Shown here one piece after another: positions 35,888 to 44,965 of a stretch of 64,000 nucleotides of DNA. Both the position numbers and the translations under genes were made by a program. How positions within the stretch are numbered: position 1 is the first letter of the stretch; each line of letters starts with the position of its first letter. Origin of the DNA: Acidobacteriota bacterium (lineage in GTDB: Bacteria > Acidobacteriota > UBA890 > WLXD01); the NCBI GenBank assembly GCA_963666215.2, contig CAXWPL010000004.1, positions 192,001 through 256,000 on the forward strand. The letters run 5' to 3'. The notes beneath the pieces were generated by a model. The model saw nothing but the letters and a program-made list of their open reading frames with translations, did not search any database and was not told the DNA's origin.

Positions 35888-36024
35888 GACGACCCCGCGT
35901 AGCGGTCCAAGCGAGCCATCTGGCGTGACCGACGTCACTCGCACAACCTCGATCTCGTGTGTCCCACCGGCGTACGGCGATACACTCGGCGACGCTTCCA
36001 CGCATCTAACCCGAGGAGAACCCC

Positions 36025-36639
36025 ATGGCATCGAGAATCGAGCCCGTCACACGCGAGGGCACCACCGACGTCGACCTGCGGCAGCTACTCCAAGACGGCG
36101 CCGACGGCTGGTGGAAAGACACCGAGATGTTCGGCGTGATCGGCCGAGTGCCCGACCTGCTCAAGAGCATCGTGCCCGTGTTCGGCGCGTTCTTTGGCGG
36201 CGGCCGTGTTGACGCACACATCTTCGAGATGATGCGCGTCAAAACGGGGCAGATGAACGACTGCGCCTATTGAAGCACCGTACGCACCGCTGCCGTGCGC
36301 AGTGAAGTGGAGCCCCGCGAAGGAGCCATTCTCTCTGGCGACTACAGCTCGTTGTCGCGCCCCGAGGCGCTGGCCGTCGAGCTGGCCGAGCGCATGGGCA
36401 TGGACCCACACTCGGTAACCGACGACTTCTGGGAACAGCTCAAGAGCGAGTACACCGACGAACCGATCGTCGAACTGTCGTTCGCCTGTTCCATCTTCAA
36501 CTGGGGTAACAAGTTCAACATCACCATGCGCCTCGACACCGACGGCCGCGAGTACCACAAGGGAATGGAATACGCCGACGCCCCAACCTTCTGGCGTGAA
36601 GGACAAGGCGGCGCTGGAGCCAGGTCGGGAGACGCTTGA
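36025..36639 (+). CDS. AhpD/carboxymuconolactone-decarboxylase-like protein with in-frame TGA, probable selenoprotein (CAYU)
   Basis: GAGGAG RBS; ORFs 36025..36273 and 36295..36639 are in the same frame with no stop between other than TGA at 36271-36273, which falls at the second position of CxxC; read-through gives 204 aa. Confidence 0.75.
36274..36304 (+). promoter_or_regulatory. Candidate bacterial SECIS hairpin
   Basis: Stem CGCAC (36283-87) / GTGCG (36295-99), loop CGCTGCC with G at position 2; weaker lower stem; directly 3' of the UGA. Confidence 0.45.
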
Positions 36640-37355
36640 TCGCTCGACTGGCAGCTCGCCGAATTGCGCTCACTGGCGCAGCCGTGCTCGTACTGAGCAC
36701 GGCCGCCGCGGCCCAACAAGGCCAAGAAGGTCAAGTCGACCCTTCTCTAGAGGAGGCGATCCGCTGGTACACCGGTGTCGGCGGCGAGGTCGACGATCGC
36801 AGAGCGCGCACGCTCTTGCTGGAAGCCGTTGCCGACGACGACCCGATCTCGCGAATGTGGCTGGCACGCTGTCACTCCCGCGGACGGATGTTCTTCGAGC
36901 ACGACAAGGCCCTCGCCGACTCGATTGCCGCCAGCGTGCTCGATCGGGTCCACGCGCTGGCGCTTCAAGACGTGGCCGAGGCGGCGTTCCTGATGGGCAC
37001 CGCCAACGACGAAGGGCTTGCCATGGAACCCGACCCGGCGCTCGCGGCGGCGTGGTTCCATCGCGCTGCGGATCAGGCGCACGTGCTATCGCAACACAAC
37101 CTCGGCAACGCCTACGCGGCGGGCCGAGGTCTCCCCCAAAGCGACGAGATGGCCATCTTCTGGTGGCGCAAAGCTGCCGAGCAGGGCGACGCGATTCCGC
37201 AACTCCGCCTCGGCGAGGCGTACGAAGAAGGCCGCGGGGTTGATCGCGATCTCGACATGGCTAAGCTCTGGTACGGTCGCTCCGCCGGGCGCGGCAATAG
37301 CACCGCCGTCGAGGCACTGAAGCGACTCGAGGCCGGCTCGGGACAACTCCTCTAA
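36636..37355 (+). CDS. Secreted Sel1-like repeat protein
   Basis: Signal peptide; repeats such as WFHRAADQ, NLGNAYAAGRG, WWRKAAEQGD; TTG start overlaps the upstream TGA. Confidence 0.85.
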   Translation: MIARLAARRIALTGAAVLVLSTAAAAQQGQEGQVDPSLEEAIRWYTGVGGEVDDRRARTLLLEAVADDDPISRMWLARCHSRGRMFFEHDKALADSIAASVLDRVHALALQDVAEAAFLMGTANDEGLAMEPDPALAAAWFHRAADQAHVLSQHNLGNAYAAGRGLPQSDEMAIFWWRKAAEQGDAIPQLRLGEAYEEGRGVDRDLDMAKLWYGRSAGRGNSTAVEALKRLEAGSGQLL

Positions 37356-37368
37356 TCAAGGACCGAAC

Positions 37369-38073
37369 TTGATCACCCTCTATCAGTTCGCACCGGGCTT
37401 CGACAAGCCGTTCAGTGTGAGCCCGTTCTGCGCCAAGCTCGAAGCGTATCTGCGGCTAGCCGGGCTCGAGTACAAAACCGTCAACCTGGGCGATCCCCGC
37501 AAGGCGCCGAAGGGCAAGCTCCCGTTCGTTGACATCGACGGAGACCTGATGGGCGACAGCACGGCCATTATCGCGACCTGCAAAGACAGGTTTGGCGATC
37601 CGCTCGACGGCGATCTCACCGCCGAACAGCACCATCGCGGCCTGCTCGTACAGCGTACGTGCGAAGAGCATCTGTACTGGTCGATGATTCAGTCTCGGTT
37701 TGTAGACGACCGCGGATGGCAGCTTCAGAAAGGAGTCGTGGGTGACACGCTGCCCGCGCCGCTGCGGCTCTTCGTGCCGGGGCTCGTTCGTCGCGGCATC
37801 GGCAAAGCGCTCCAGGCGCATGGGATCGGCCGCCACGGCCAAGACGAGATCTATAGCGCTGGTGTCGCCGACCTCGAGGCGTGCCAGGCACAGCTCGACG
37901 GCAAGGCGTTCCTTCTGGGTGACACGCCGACCAGTTACGACTGCTCGCTCTGGAGGCACGCAAGCTGCGCTCTCAGTACGAAATCGTCGAACGCTCTTAC
38001 CGACGGGGCCCGCACGCTCACCGAGCTCGGCGCCTATGTGGAACGCATGACAGATCGGCTGGGCTTTGCTTGA
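37369..38073 (+). CDS. Glutathione S-transferase family (FAX/metaxin-like)
   Basis: SPFCAKLEAYLR, APKGKLPF, DSTAII, FLLGDTPT. Confidence 0.85.
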   Translation: MITLYQFAPGFDKPFSVSPFCAKLEAYLRLAGLEYKTVNLGDPRKAPKGKLPFVDIDGDLMGDSTAIIATCKDRFGDPLDGDLTAEQHHRGLLVQRTCEEHLYWSMIQSRFVDDRGWQLQKGVVGDTLPAPLRLFVPGLVRRGIGKALQAHGIGRHGQDEIYSAGVADLEACQAQLDGKAFLLGDTPTSYDCSLWRHASCALSTKSSNALTDGARTLTELGAYVERMTDRLGFA

Positions 38074-38371
38074 GGCGTTTCAGCCAGTTCTTCAGGTTCT
38101 GCCAATTCTGCACGGCATGGACGCTGGCGCTGACGATCTCCACGGCCGGATGCTCGCCCACCGCGACGCCGGATCCACAGCTGAGCACGCGAGCCGAGCT
38201 TTCTGGCGCGAACGACGCTGAGTCGAGGCTGCAAAGCCTCGGGATCACGCTGCCGGAGCCACCGTCTTCGGCGAGCGCGGCAAGCACGCACGCGCCGCCG
38301 TGGGCATGGCCGTCCTGCCGCGCAATCAAGCGGTCGAGGTCGAGATGATCGTCGAGATCTCGAAAAACTGA
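38070..38371 (+). pseudogene. RidA (YjgF/YER057c/UK114) family, internally deleted
   Basis: Lipoprotein-like leader and AESRLQSLGITLPEPP joined out of frame to VFGERGKHARAAVGMAVLPRNQAVEVEMIVEI. Confidence 0.72.
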
Positions 38372-38422
38372 GCCGACACGACGGCTTCCAACGCCGATGG
38401 CCCCTTCACGAGGATCGTTGCC

Positions 38423-39703
38423 ATGACAACCCGCGCCCGCCTGCTCTCCTGCTCGATTTCCGTGGCGCTCTTGCTCGCTGGTCTGTCAGCGGCGCGAGCC
38501 CAACAGCCCGCTCATACACAACCGCACGAGAGCGACCTCTCGACCGACCGACTGTTGCGACTCAGCGACGCTCTCGGAGACTACGTGCAACGCGGTGAGC
38601 TGCCGGGTGCCGTGGCGCTCGTCGCCCGCCGCGGCGAAGTTGCGTACCTCGAGGCGTTCGGCAAGCGTGACTTGGAGGCGGGCGACCCGCTGCGCACCGA
38701 CTCCATCTTTCGTATTGCCTCCCAAACCAAGGCACTGGTGAGCGTGGCGGTGATGGCTCTCCAGGAGGAGGGACTCCTGCTAATCGGCGATCCGGTGGGT
38801 GACTACCTGCCGGAGTTCAGCCATACCACCGTGGCGGTGCCGAACGAGTCTGGGGGCTATGACGTTGCCGATGCCGACCGCCCGATCACCATTCGTGACC
38901 TGCTAACCCACACCGCCGGCGTCAGCTACGGCGACGGCCTGGCACGCGACCGCTGGGCCGAGGCCGGGATCCAAGGCTGGTACTTTGCCGATCGCGACGA
39001 GCCGATTCGCGCCACCATCGAACGACTGGCGGCGTTGCCGTTCGACGCTCAGCCAGGCGAGCAGTGGATCTACGGCTACTCCACCGACATCCTGGGGGCC
39101 CTCGTCGAGCAGGTCGGCGGAGTCCCCCTCGACGAGCTCCTGCGCACGCGGATCTTCGAGCCGTTGGGGATGAACGACACCCACTTCTACCTACCGCCCG
39201 ACAAGGTCGACCGCCTCGTCACCGTCTACTCGGCCACGGCTGATGGCAGCCTCGAGCGAGCGCCAGCGCCGGGTGGCATGGTGGGTCAGGGTGCCTATGT
39301 CGACGGCCCTCGCAAGAGTTTCTCAGGCGGCGCCGGGTTGCTCTCGACGGCCACCGACTACGCGAAGTTCTTGCAGATGCTGCTGAACGGCGGCGCGTTT
39401 GGGGGCCAACAGGTATTGACCCCGAAAAGCGTCGACCTGATGACCGTCAACCACCTCACCGATCAACCCTTCGCCAGTGGCGTCGGTTTCGGACTCGGCT
39501 TCTCGATAGTGGAAAGCCTCGGGTCGCGCGGAGTGCCCGGCTCGGTTGGCGAGTTCGGCTGGGGCGGCGCTTACCACTCCACCTACTGGGTGGACCCCGA
39601 GGAGCAGCTCGTCGTCGTGTATCTCACACAACTCATCCCCGCCATGGGGCTCGACGATCACGGCAAGCTGCGCGCGCTGGTCTATCAATCGATCATCAAC
39701 TAA
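38423..39703 (+). CDS. Serine hydrolase (beta-lactamase class C-like)
   Basis: FRIASQTK (SxxK), LLTHTAG, YGYS, WGGAY; signal peptide. Confidence 0.9.
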   Translation: MTTRARLLSCSISVALLLAGLSAARAQQPAHTQPHESDLSTDRLLRLSDALGDYVQRGELPGAVALVARRGEVAYLEAFGKRDLEAGDPLRTDSIFRIASQTKALVSVAVMALQEEGLLLIGDPVGDYLPEFSHTTVAVPNESGGYDVADADRPITIRDLLTHTAGVSYGDGLARDRWAEAGIQGWYFADRDEPIRATIERLAALPFDAQPGEQWIYGYSTDILGALVEQVGGVPLDELLRTRIFEPLGMNDTHFYLPPDKVDRLVTVYSATADGSLERAPAPGGMVGQGAYVDGPRKSFSGGAGLLSTATDYAKFLQMLLNGGAFGGQQVLTPKSVDLMTVNHLTDQPFASGVGFGLGFSIVESLGSRGVPGSVGEFGWGGAYHSTYWVDPEEQLVVVYLTQLIPAMGLDDHGKLRALVYQSIIN

Positions 39704-39753
39704 GCCGGCTTCAGACTGGCCGCCGCTAGGAACGCAGGCCTACAAGGACCGCG

Positions 39754-40107
39754 ATGCAACCGATAGCCATCAAGCCTCATATCTCGTTCGACGACCTCCA
39801 GAAGATCGACGTGCGCATCGGCACCATCGAGCGGGTTGAGGACGTCGATGGAGCCGACACACTGGTGCGTCTCATCGTCAACTTCGGCGACCATACCCGC
39901 ACCATCCTGTCGGGGATGAAGGGCGAGCGCGACGACCCGCGCGAGATCGAAGGCAAGCAGGCGCTCTTCGTCATCAACCTCGAGCCCAAGAAGATGATGG
40001 GCGAGCTCTCCGAAGGCATGCTCTTCGATATCGGCCACGCTGACGGAGTCCAACCGGCGCTCGCCTGCCCCGAGCACCCCGTGCCCAACGGCTCGCGCGC
40101 CGGGTAG
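39754..40107 (+). CDS. tRNA-binding OB-fold protein (CsaA/Trbp111-like)
   Basis: IDVRIGTI, RTILSG, NLEPKKMMGELSEGM, VPNG. Confidence 0.85.
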   Translation: MQPIAIKPHISFDDLQKIDVRIGTIERVEDVDGADTLVRLIVNFGDHTRTILSGMKGERDDPREIEGKQALFVINLEPKKMMGELSEGMLFDIGHADGVQPALACPEHPVPNGSRAG

Positions 40108-40129
40108 TGAAAAGGAGAGTCGAAGCACC

Positions 40130-40456
40130 ATGATCGGACGCATATGGCACGGCTACACGTCGCGGGCAAACGCGGACGCCTATGAACATCTGCTGCGCAC
40201 GGAGATCCTCCCAGGCATCCACCGCGTCGACGGCCACCGCGGCGGCTACCTTCTGCGGCGAGACCCGGGCAACGACAACGACGAAGTCGAGTTCATCACG
40301 CTGACCTTCTTCGAGTCGATGGACGCGATCCGCGCGTTCGCCGGCGACGACCCCGAGGTCGCTGTGGTGCCACCCGTTGCCCGCGAGCTGCTATCGAGAT
40401 TCGACGAGCGCTCGGTCCACTACGAAGTCGCGATCGGAGGAGACGACCGGCCGTGA
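40130..40456 (+). CDS. Antibiotic biosynthesis monooxygenase-like protein
   Basis: AAGGAG RBS; MIGRIWHG...ADAYE...FESMDAIRAFAG.D...AVVP. Confidence 0.8.
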   Translation: MIGRIWHGYTSRANADAYEHLLRTEILPGIHRVDGHRGGYLLRRDPGNDNDEVEFITLTFFESMDAIRAFAGDDPEVAVVPPVARELLSRFDERSVHYEVAIGGDDRP

Positions 40457-40731
40457 AGCGGCGGTGGCCGAACGCGCTCGCGCTGGGTGCCGTGGCTGGC
40501 GTCGCTCTGCTCAGTTGGGGATGTCGAGCGCAGCCTGCTGAGGTCGCGACCCGTGATGATCCCCAGACCCTCGACTCGCCCACACCTCTGTGGAGAGGGA
40601 ACGGTTGGGCGGTGGAGCCCGAGCCGGAACGGGAGATCGGTGTCGGCGAGGGGCCCGTGGAGCAGATGCTCTACGTCGCCCAGAGCGTGATTCGACTGAG
40701 CAAGTACGCCGATTCGCTGCCGCCCAAGTGA
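40453..40731 (+). pseudogene. Short lipoprotein-like ORF, probably a truncated beta-propeller N-terminus
   Basis: GTGA overlap with the upstream gene; lipobox SWGC; WAVEPEPEREIGVGEG then abrupt end. Confidence 0.45.
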
Positions 40732-40773
40732 CCCCTACGCCCCACTGACAACCCGTCTGACGGAGCACTGACC

Positions 40774-43700
40774 TTGCCCCAAACAGGTTCGACCTTCCTG
40801 ATTCCCTCGGCCCGGCGTTTCTCTGTGGCCTTCGCGCTCGTGGCGCTCGCGCTCGCCATGCTTTTGGGATCCACTCCGACCATCTGGGCACAGCAGGTCG
40901 ACAGCGACCAACTGTCGGCGCTGCGCTATCGATTCATCGGTCCGGAAGGCAACCGTGCGATCGCGGTCGTGGGAGTGCCGGGCAACAATCAGCTGATCTA
41001 CGCGGGTGCGGCGTCGGGCGGGATCTGGAAGAGCACCAACGGTGGCAACAACTGGCAGCCCATCTTCGACGATACCGACGTGGCGTCGGTGGGCTCGCTG
41101 GCGATCGCCGCTTCCGACCCGAACGTCGTTTGGGCGGGCACCGGCGAGACGTTCGTCATCCGGCCGGCGCTGGCGCATGGCAACGGCATCTATAAGAGCA
41201 CCGACGCCGGCAAGAGCTGGACGAACATGGGGCTCGAGCGCACCGGTCGGATCGGCCGCGTGATCGTTGATCCGCGCGACCCGGACGTGGTCTTCGCCTG
41301 CGCTGCCGGTCACGCGTATGCACCGCAGCCGGAGCGAGGCGTCTTCCGGACGCTCGACGGTGGGTCGACGTGGGAGCACGTGCTCTCGGTGGACGAGATG
41401 ACCGGCTGCTCCGATCTGGCGATCGACCCTGGCAACGCTCGTGTGTTGCTCGCGGGGATGTGGCAAATCCAGATGGACCTCGGCGGTCTCAAGAGCGGCG
41501 GGCCGAGCAGTGGGGTCCATCGATCGAGTGACGGCGGCGACACCTGGGAGCAGCTCTCGGGTGTCGGCCGCGGCTTGCCCGGTGGCGAGCGCCACCCGGT
41601 GGGCAAGCTCGCGGTGGGCATCGCCCAAGACGACCCGAACCGCTGGTACGTGCTCACAGAGGACACGAGCCCGGCGTTCTACCGCTCCGACAACGCCGGC
41701 GACTCCTGGCGCCTCGTGCAGACCAACCACACGCTCAACGAGCGGGCAACGTACTACACGCGCTTTGCGATCGACACCGAAGACGCCGACCGCATCTATT
41801 TCGCGTCTGTCCGGTTCTCGATGTCGGTCGACGGCGGCCACACCGTCGTCGCCAACCCGCCGCGTGGCGGCGGCGACAACCACGACATCTGGGTCGACCC
41901 AACCAACGCCGACCGCATCATGGTGGCCGACGACGGCGGCGTCAACATCAGCCTCGACCACGGTCGGACTTTCAGAAGGATCGTCCTGCCGATTGCCCAG
42001 ATGTACCACGTCTCCGTCGACAATCAGACGCCCTACTACGTCTACGGCAACCGCCAGGACGGCTACTCCTATCGCGGCCCGAGCAATTCGCGCGCCGGTG
42101 GGATTCCCGTCGGCATGTGGCACGGCGTTGGCGGCTGTGAAAGCGGCTGGGCACAGCCCGATCCTGGCGACGACAACATGGTGTGGTCGGGGTGCTACGA
42201 CGGGGGACTGGAGCTCTACGACCGCCGCAACGGCCAGTGGCGCGACGTACGCGTGTGGCCCGAGGCGGGCTACGGCTGGACGCCAGCCGAGCTGAAGCAC
42301 CGCTGGCACTGGAACTTCCCGATCCACATCTCGCCGCACGACCCCGACCGCGTGTATGTGGGTAGCCAGTACGTCAACGTGACGGCGAACAAGGGCCAGA
42401 GCTGGGAGATGCTCAGCCCCGACCTGACGACCAACGACAAGACGCGGCAACAGGACTCGGGCGGCGGCCTCACCATCGACAACCTCTATACCTGGGATGG
42501 CTCGGTGCTCTTCTCGATTGCCGAGTCGCCCGTCGAGGAGGGGGTTATCTGGACCGGCAGCAACGATGGCCAGGTGCACGTCAGCCGCGACGGCGGCGGC
42601 AACTGGAGAAACGTGTCGGGCAACGTGCCGGGGCTGCACGTCGACAGCTGGATCAAGAACATCGAGCCGTCGCGCTACGACGCCGCCACGGCGTACATGG
42701 CGGTCAGCAAGCACGTCGATGGTGATTTCGACCCTTACATTTTCAAGACCACGGACTACGGCGTGAGCTGGACACGCATCAGCGACGGCATCCCGAGCTC
42801 GATGCAGAGCTTCGTCCATGTGGTCCGAGAAGACCCGGTGCGCCGCGGCATGCTCTACGCCGGCACCGACAGCCAGATCTGGGTGTCGCTGAACGATGGC
42901 GACGACTGGTTCTCGCTGCGCGGCAACATGCCGCCGGTACCGATCTACTGGATGGTGATCCAGGAGAACTTCAGCGATCTGGTGGTCGCCACATACGGAC
43001 GCGGCTTCTACATTCTCGACGACATCACACCGTTGCGAGAGCTCGACGCGGGTACCGTCGCGTCCGATCTCGAGCTCTTCGAGCCGCGTCTGGCACATCG
43101 CTTCCGGCAGGTACAGGGCATCAAGACCGAAGGCGGAACCAACGTGCGCGGGCAGAATCCGCCGTACGGCGCCGACCTGAATTTCTGGATTCGAGCCGGC
43201 GAAGGCTCGCTGGCCGGAGAATCGGTCGACGTCACCATCGAGGACGCTGCCGGCAACGTTGTGCGGACCCTCAACGCGAGCGCCAAGGCCGGGCTCAATC
43301 GCATCTGGTGGGATCTCCGCCACGAAGGCTCCCGCGAGCCCAAGCTGCGCACACCGCCACCCGACCACGACTGGGTGCCGATGGGCGAGGAGGGCTGGCG
43401 GCGCCTGCGCACCTGGGATCTCGACCTCTTCCCCGGCTACCGCGGCCCGCTCGCCGTGCCGGGACGCTACACCGCACGCATGAAGGTCGGCGATCGTGAG
43501 GCGACCACGACGATCACCGTCGTCAAGGATCCACATTCGAGCGGCACGATGGCCGACATCGAAAGCCAGGTCGCGCTATCGCTGCAGATCCGCAGCGACA
43601 TCGACGAGGTTGCGGCCATGATTGACGAGCTCGAGTGGACGCGCAAAGAGCTCTTCGACTACATGGAGCGCGCCCGCTCGACCGGCGCCAGCGTCGCCGT

Positions 43701-43998
43701 GCGCGACGTCATCAACTCGGCCGAGGAGCTCGAGCAGTACGCCCTCTCGGTTGAGGCGCGGCTGTTCGATGTGCTCATGACCGGCGCCCGTGAAGACGCT
43801 TTCCGCCACCCGATGAAGCTGTACGGACGCTACGGCGCACTGGGCAACGACGTCGGCAACGACTCCGCCGACTTCCGCCCCACCGATCAACAGCTCGAGG
43901 TCTACGACGTGCTCGCGCGGCGGCTGGAGGAAACCCGAGCTCTCTACGACGATCTGATGCGCAACGACGTGCCGGCTTTCCGAGCGCGGTTGCAGTAG
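40774..43998 (+). CDS. VPS10/BNR (Asp-box) repeat glycosyl hydrolase-like secreted protein
   Basis: RFIGPEG, repeated S.DGG.TW Asp-boxes, DNHDIWVDP, LVVATYGRG. Confidence 0.88.
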   Translation: MPQTGSTFLIPSARRFSVAFALVALALAMLLGSTPTIWAQQVDSDQLSALRYRFIGPEGNRAIAVVGVPGNNQLIYAGAASGGIWKSTNGGNNWQPIFDDTDVASVGSLAIAASDPNVVWAGTGETFVIRPALAHGNGIYKSTDAGKSWTNMGLERTGRIGRVIVDPRDPDVVFACAAGHAYAPQPERGVFRTLDGGSTWEHVLSVDEMTGCSDLAIDPGNARVLLAGMWQIQMDLGGLKSGGPSSGVHRSSDGGDTWEQLSGVGRGLPGGERHPVGKLAVGIAQDDPNRWYVLTEDTSPAFYRSDNAGDSWRLVQTNHTLNERATYYTRFAIDTEDADRIYFASVRFSMSVDGGHTVVANPPRGGGDNHDIWVDPTNADRIMVADDGGVNISLDHGRTFRRIVLPIAQMYHVSVDNQTPYYVYGNRQDGYSYRGPSNSRAGGIPVGMWHGVGGCESGWAQPDPGDDNMVWSGCYDGGLELYDRRNGQWRDVRVWPEAGYGWTPAELKHRWHWNFPIHISPHDPDRVYVGSQYVNVTANKGQSWEMLSPDLTTNDKTRQQDSGGGLTIDNLYTWDGSVLFSIAESPVEEGVIWTGSNDGQVHVSRDGGGNWRNVSGNVPGLHVDSWIKNIEPSRYDAATAYMAVSKHVDGDFDPYIFKTTDYGVSWTRISDGIPSSMQSFVHVVREDPVRRGMLYAGTDSQIWVSLNDGDDWFSLRGNMPPVPIYWMVIQENFSDLVVATYGRGFYILDDITPLRELDAGTVASDLELFEPRLAHRFRQVQGIKTEGGTNVRGQNPPYGADLNFWIRAGEGSLAGESVDVTIEDAAGNVVRTLNASAKAGLNRIWWDLRHEGSREPKLRTPPPDHDWVPMGEEGWRRLRTWDLDLFPGYRGPLAVPGRYTARMKVGDREATTTITVVKDPHSSGTMADIESQVALSLQIRSDIDEVAAMIDELEWTRKELFDYMERARSTGASVAVRDVINSAEELEQYALSVEARLFDVLMTGAREDAFRHPMKLYGRYGALGNDVGNDSADFRPTDQQLEVYDVLARRLEETRALYDDLMRNDVPAFRARLQ

Positions 43999-44105
43999 GC
44001 GACCTCAGGAGACGGCTGGACGGCTAGAAGGGGAAGCGTCAGGCACGGCCCACCTGTGACGAGGGCACCGATCTCAGTCGTTCTGGCCGGCACCGAGCAC
44101 CACCG

Positions 44106-44909
44106 CTACGACCGATGGAACGGGCAGCGCTCGATGGTTGTTTCGTTGTCGTCGGGAAGAAAGTACTGCCGCCACTCGCGGTTGTCGTCGGTACCAAAAT
44201 GCGCCAGGGCCGGATGCGGCGCCATGCCGTCGTAGGCCGTCAACTTCTCGCGGATGATGCGACGAGCGCGCCGGCCGTGAGGTGTATCGCCGGCAAGGAT
44301 GTCGAAGCCGTCGCGGGCCTGGATGAGCAGCAAGAACGAGCGCTGCATCCGGCGACTGCGACGGGCACGATGCGCGGGCGTCTTGAAGTTGACGAAGAAC
44401 GCGGTGCCGGCGAAACAGAACGACCAGTCGGGCGAGTCCGGATCTTCAGTGACCGTGGTCGGCCAGGCCTCCGGATCCAGCCTCCGCAAGCATGTGAGGA
44501 TTTCGAAGGAGAGTCGCTGATAGTCGTCGAGCGAGTCCACGCCGTCGGGCGGACGTATGAAAATCGCCAGGGGCGTCATCGACGCGATGACAGACGGCAT
44601 CGACGCGAGCCTCAGCGCGTAGGCTGCCAGTAGCGCCGCAACCGGCTCGGCGATGCGCTCGGCCGTTGTCGCGAGGCCCCGCTGCCTGAGCTGGTCGTGC
44701 TGCCGCAGATAGGAGAACAGCATCGAACCTTGCCGCAGCGCGACGGTGCCGAACGTACAGGGGAAGTGTTCGTCGGCAACCTTGGCACGCAGCTCCTCGT
44801 ACGCGGTCGCCTCCCATTGGGGTACGCGCCCGTCGGCGACGGCGCTGGCGAGCTCGCTCGTCGTGTAGATCGGTGAGGGCGCGAGATCCTGCTCGACGGT
44901 TGTGCTCAT
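44106..44909 (-). CDS. YqcI/YcgG family protein
   Basis: FPCTFG, DPEAWP, DPDSPDWSFCFAG, PAH..RRSR, IREKL..YD, EWRQY, CPF. Confidence 0.82.
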   Translation of the reverse strand: MSTTVEQDLAPSPIYTTSELASAVADGRVPQWEATAYEELRAKVADEHFPCTFGTVALRQGSMLFSYLRQHDQLRQRGLATTAERIAEPVAALLAAYALRLASMPSVIASMTPLAIFIRPPDGVDSLDDYQRLSFEILTCLRRLDPEAWPTTVTEDPDSPDWSFCFAGTAFFVNFKTPAHRARRSRRMQRSFLLLIQARDGFDILAGDTPHGRRARRIIREKLTAYDGMAPHPALAHFGTDDNREWRQYFLPDDNETTIERCPFHRS

Positions 44910-44965
44910 GTACGTACGCTAGCATGCTGCCCACAGTTCGCGACCATGACCCAGGGAGAGACACG

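Noticed and set aside
40735-43536. Long antisense ORFs (also 11624-14182, 15568-16977) and the alternate-frame part of 53724-55637
   Set aside because: Shadow frames of high-GC genes with no recognisable motifs; only the 55095-55637 portion of the last is a real gene.
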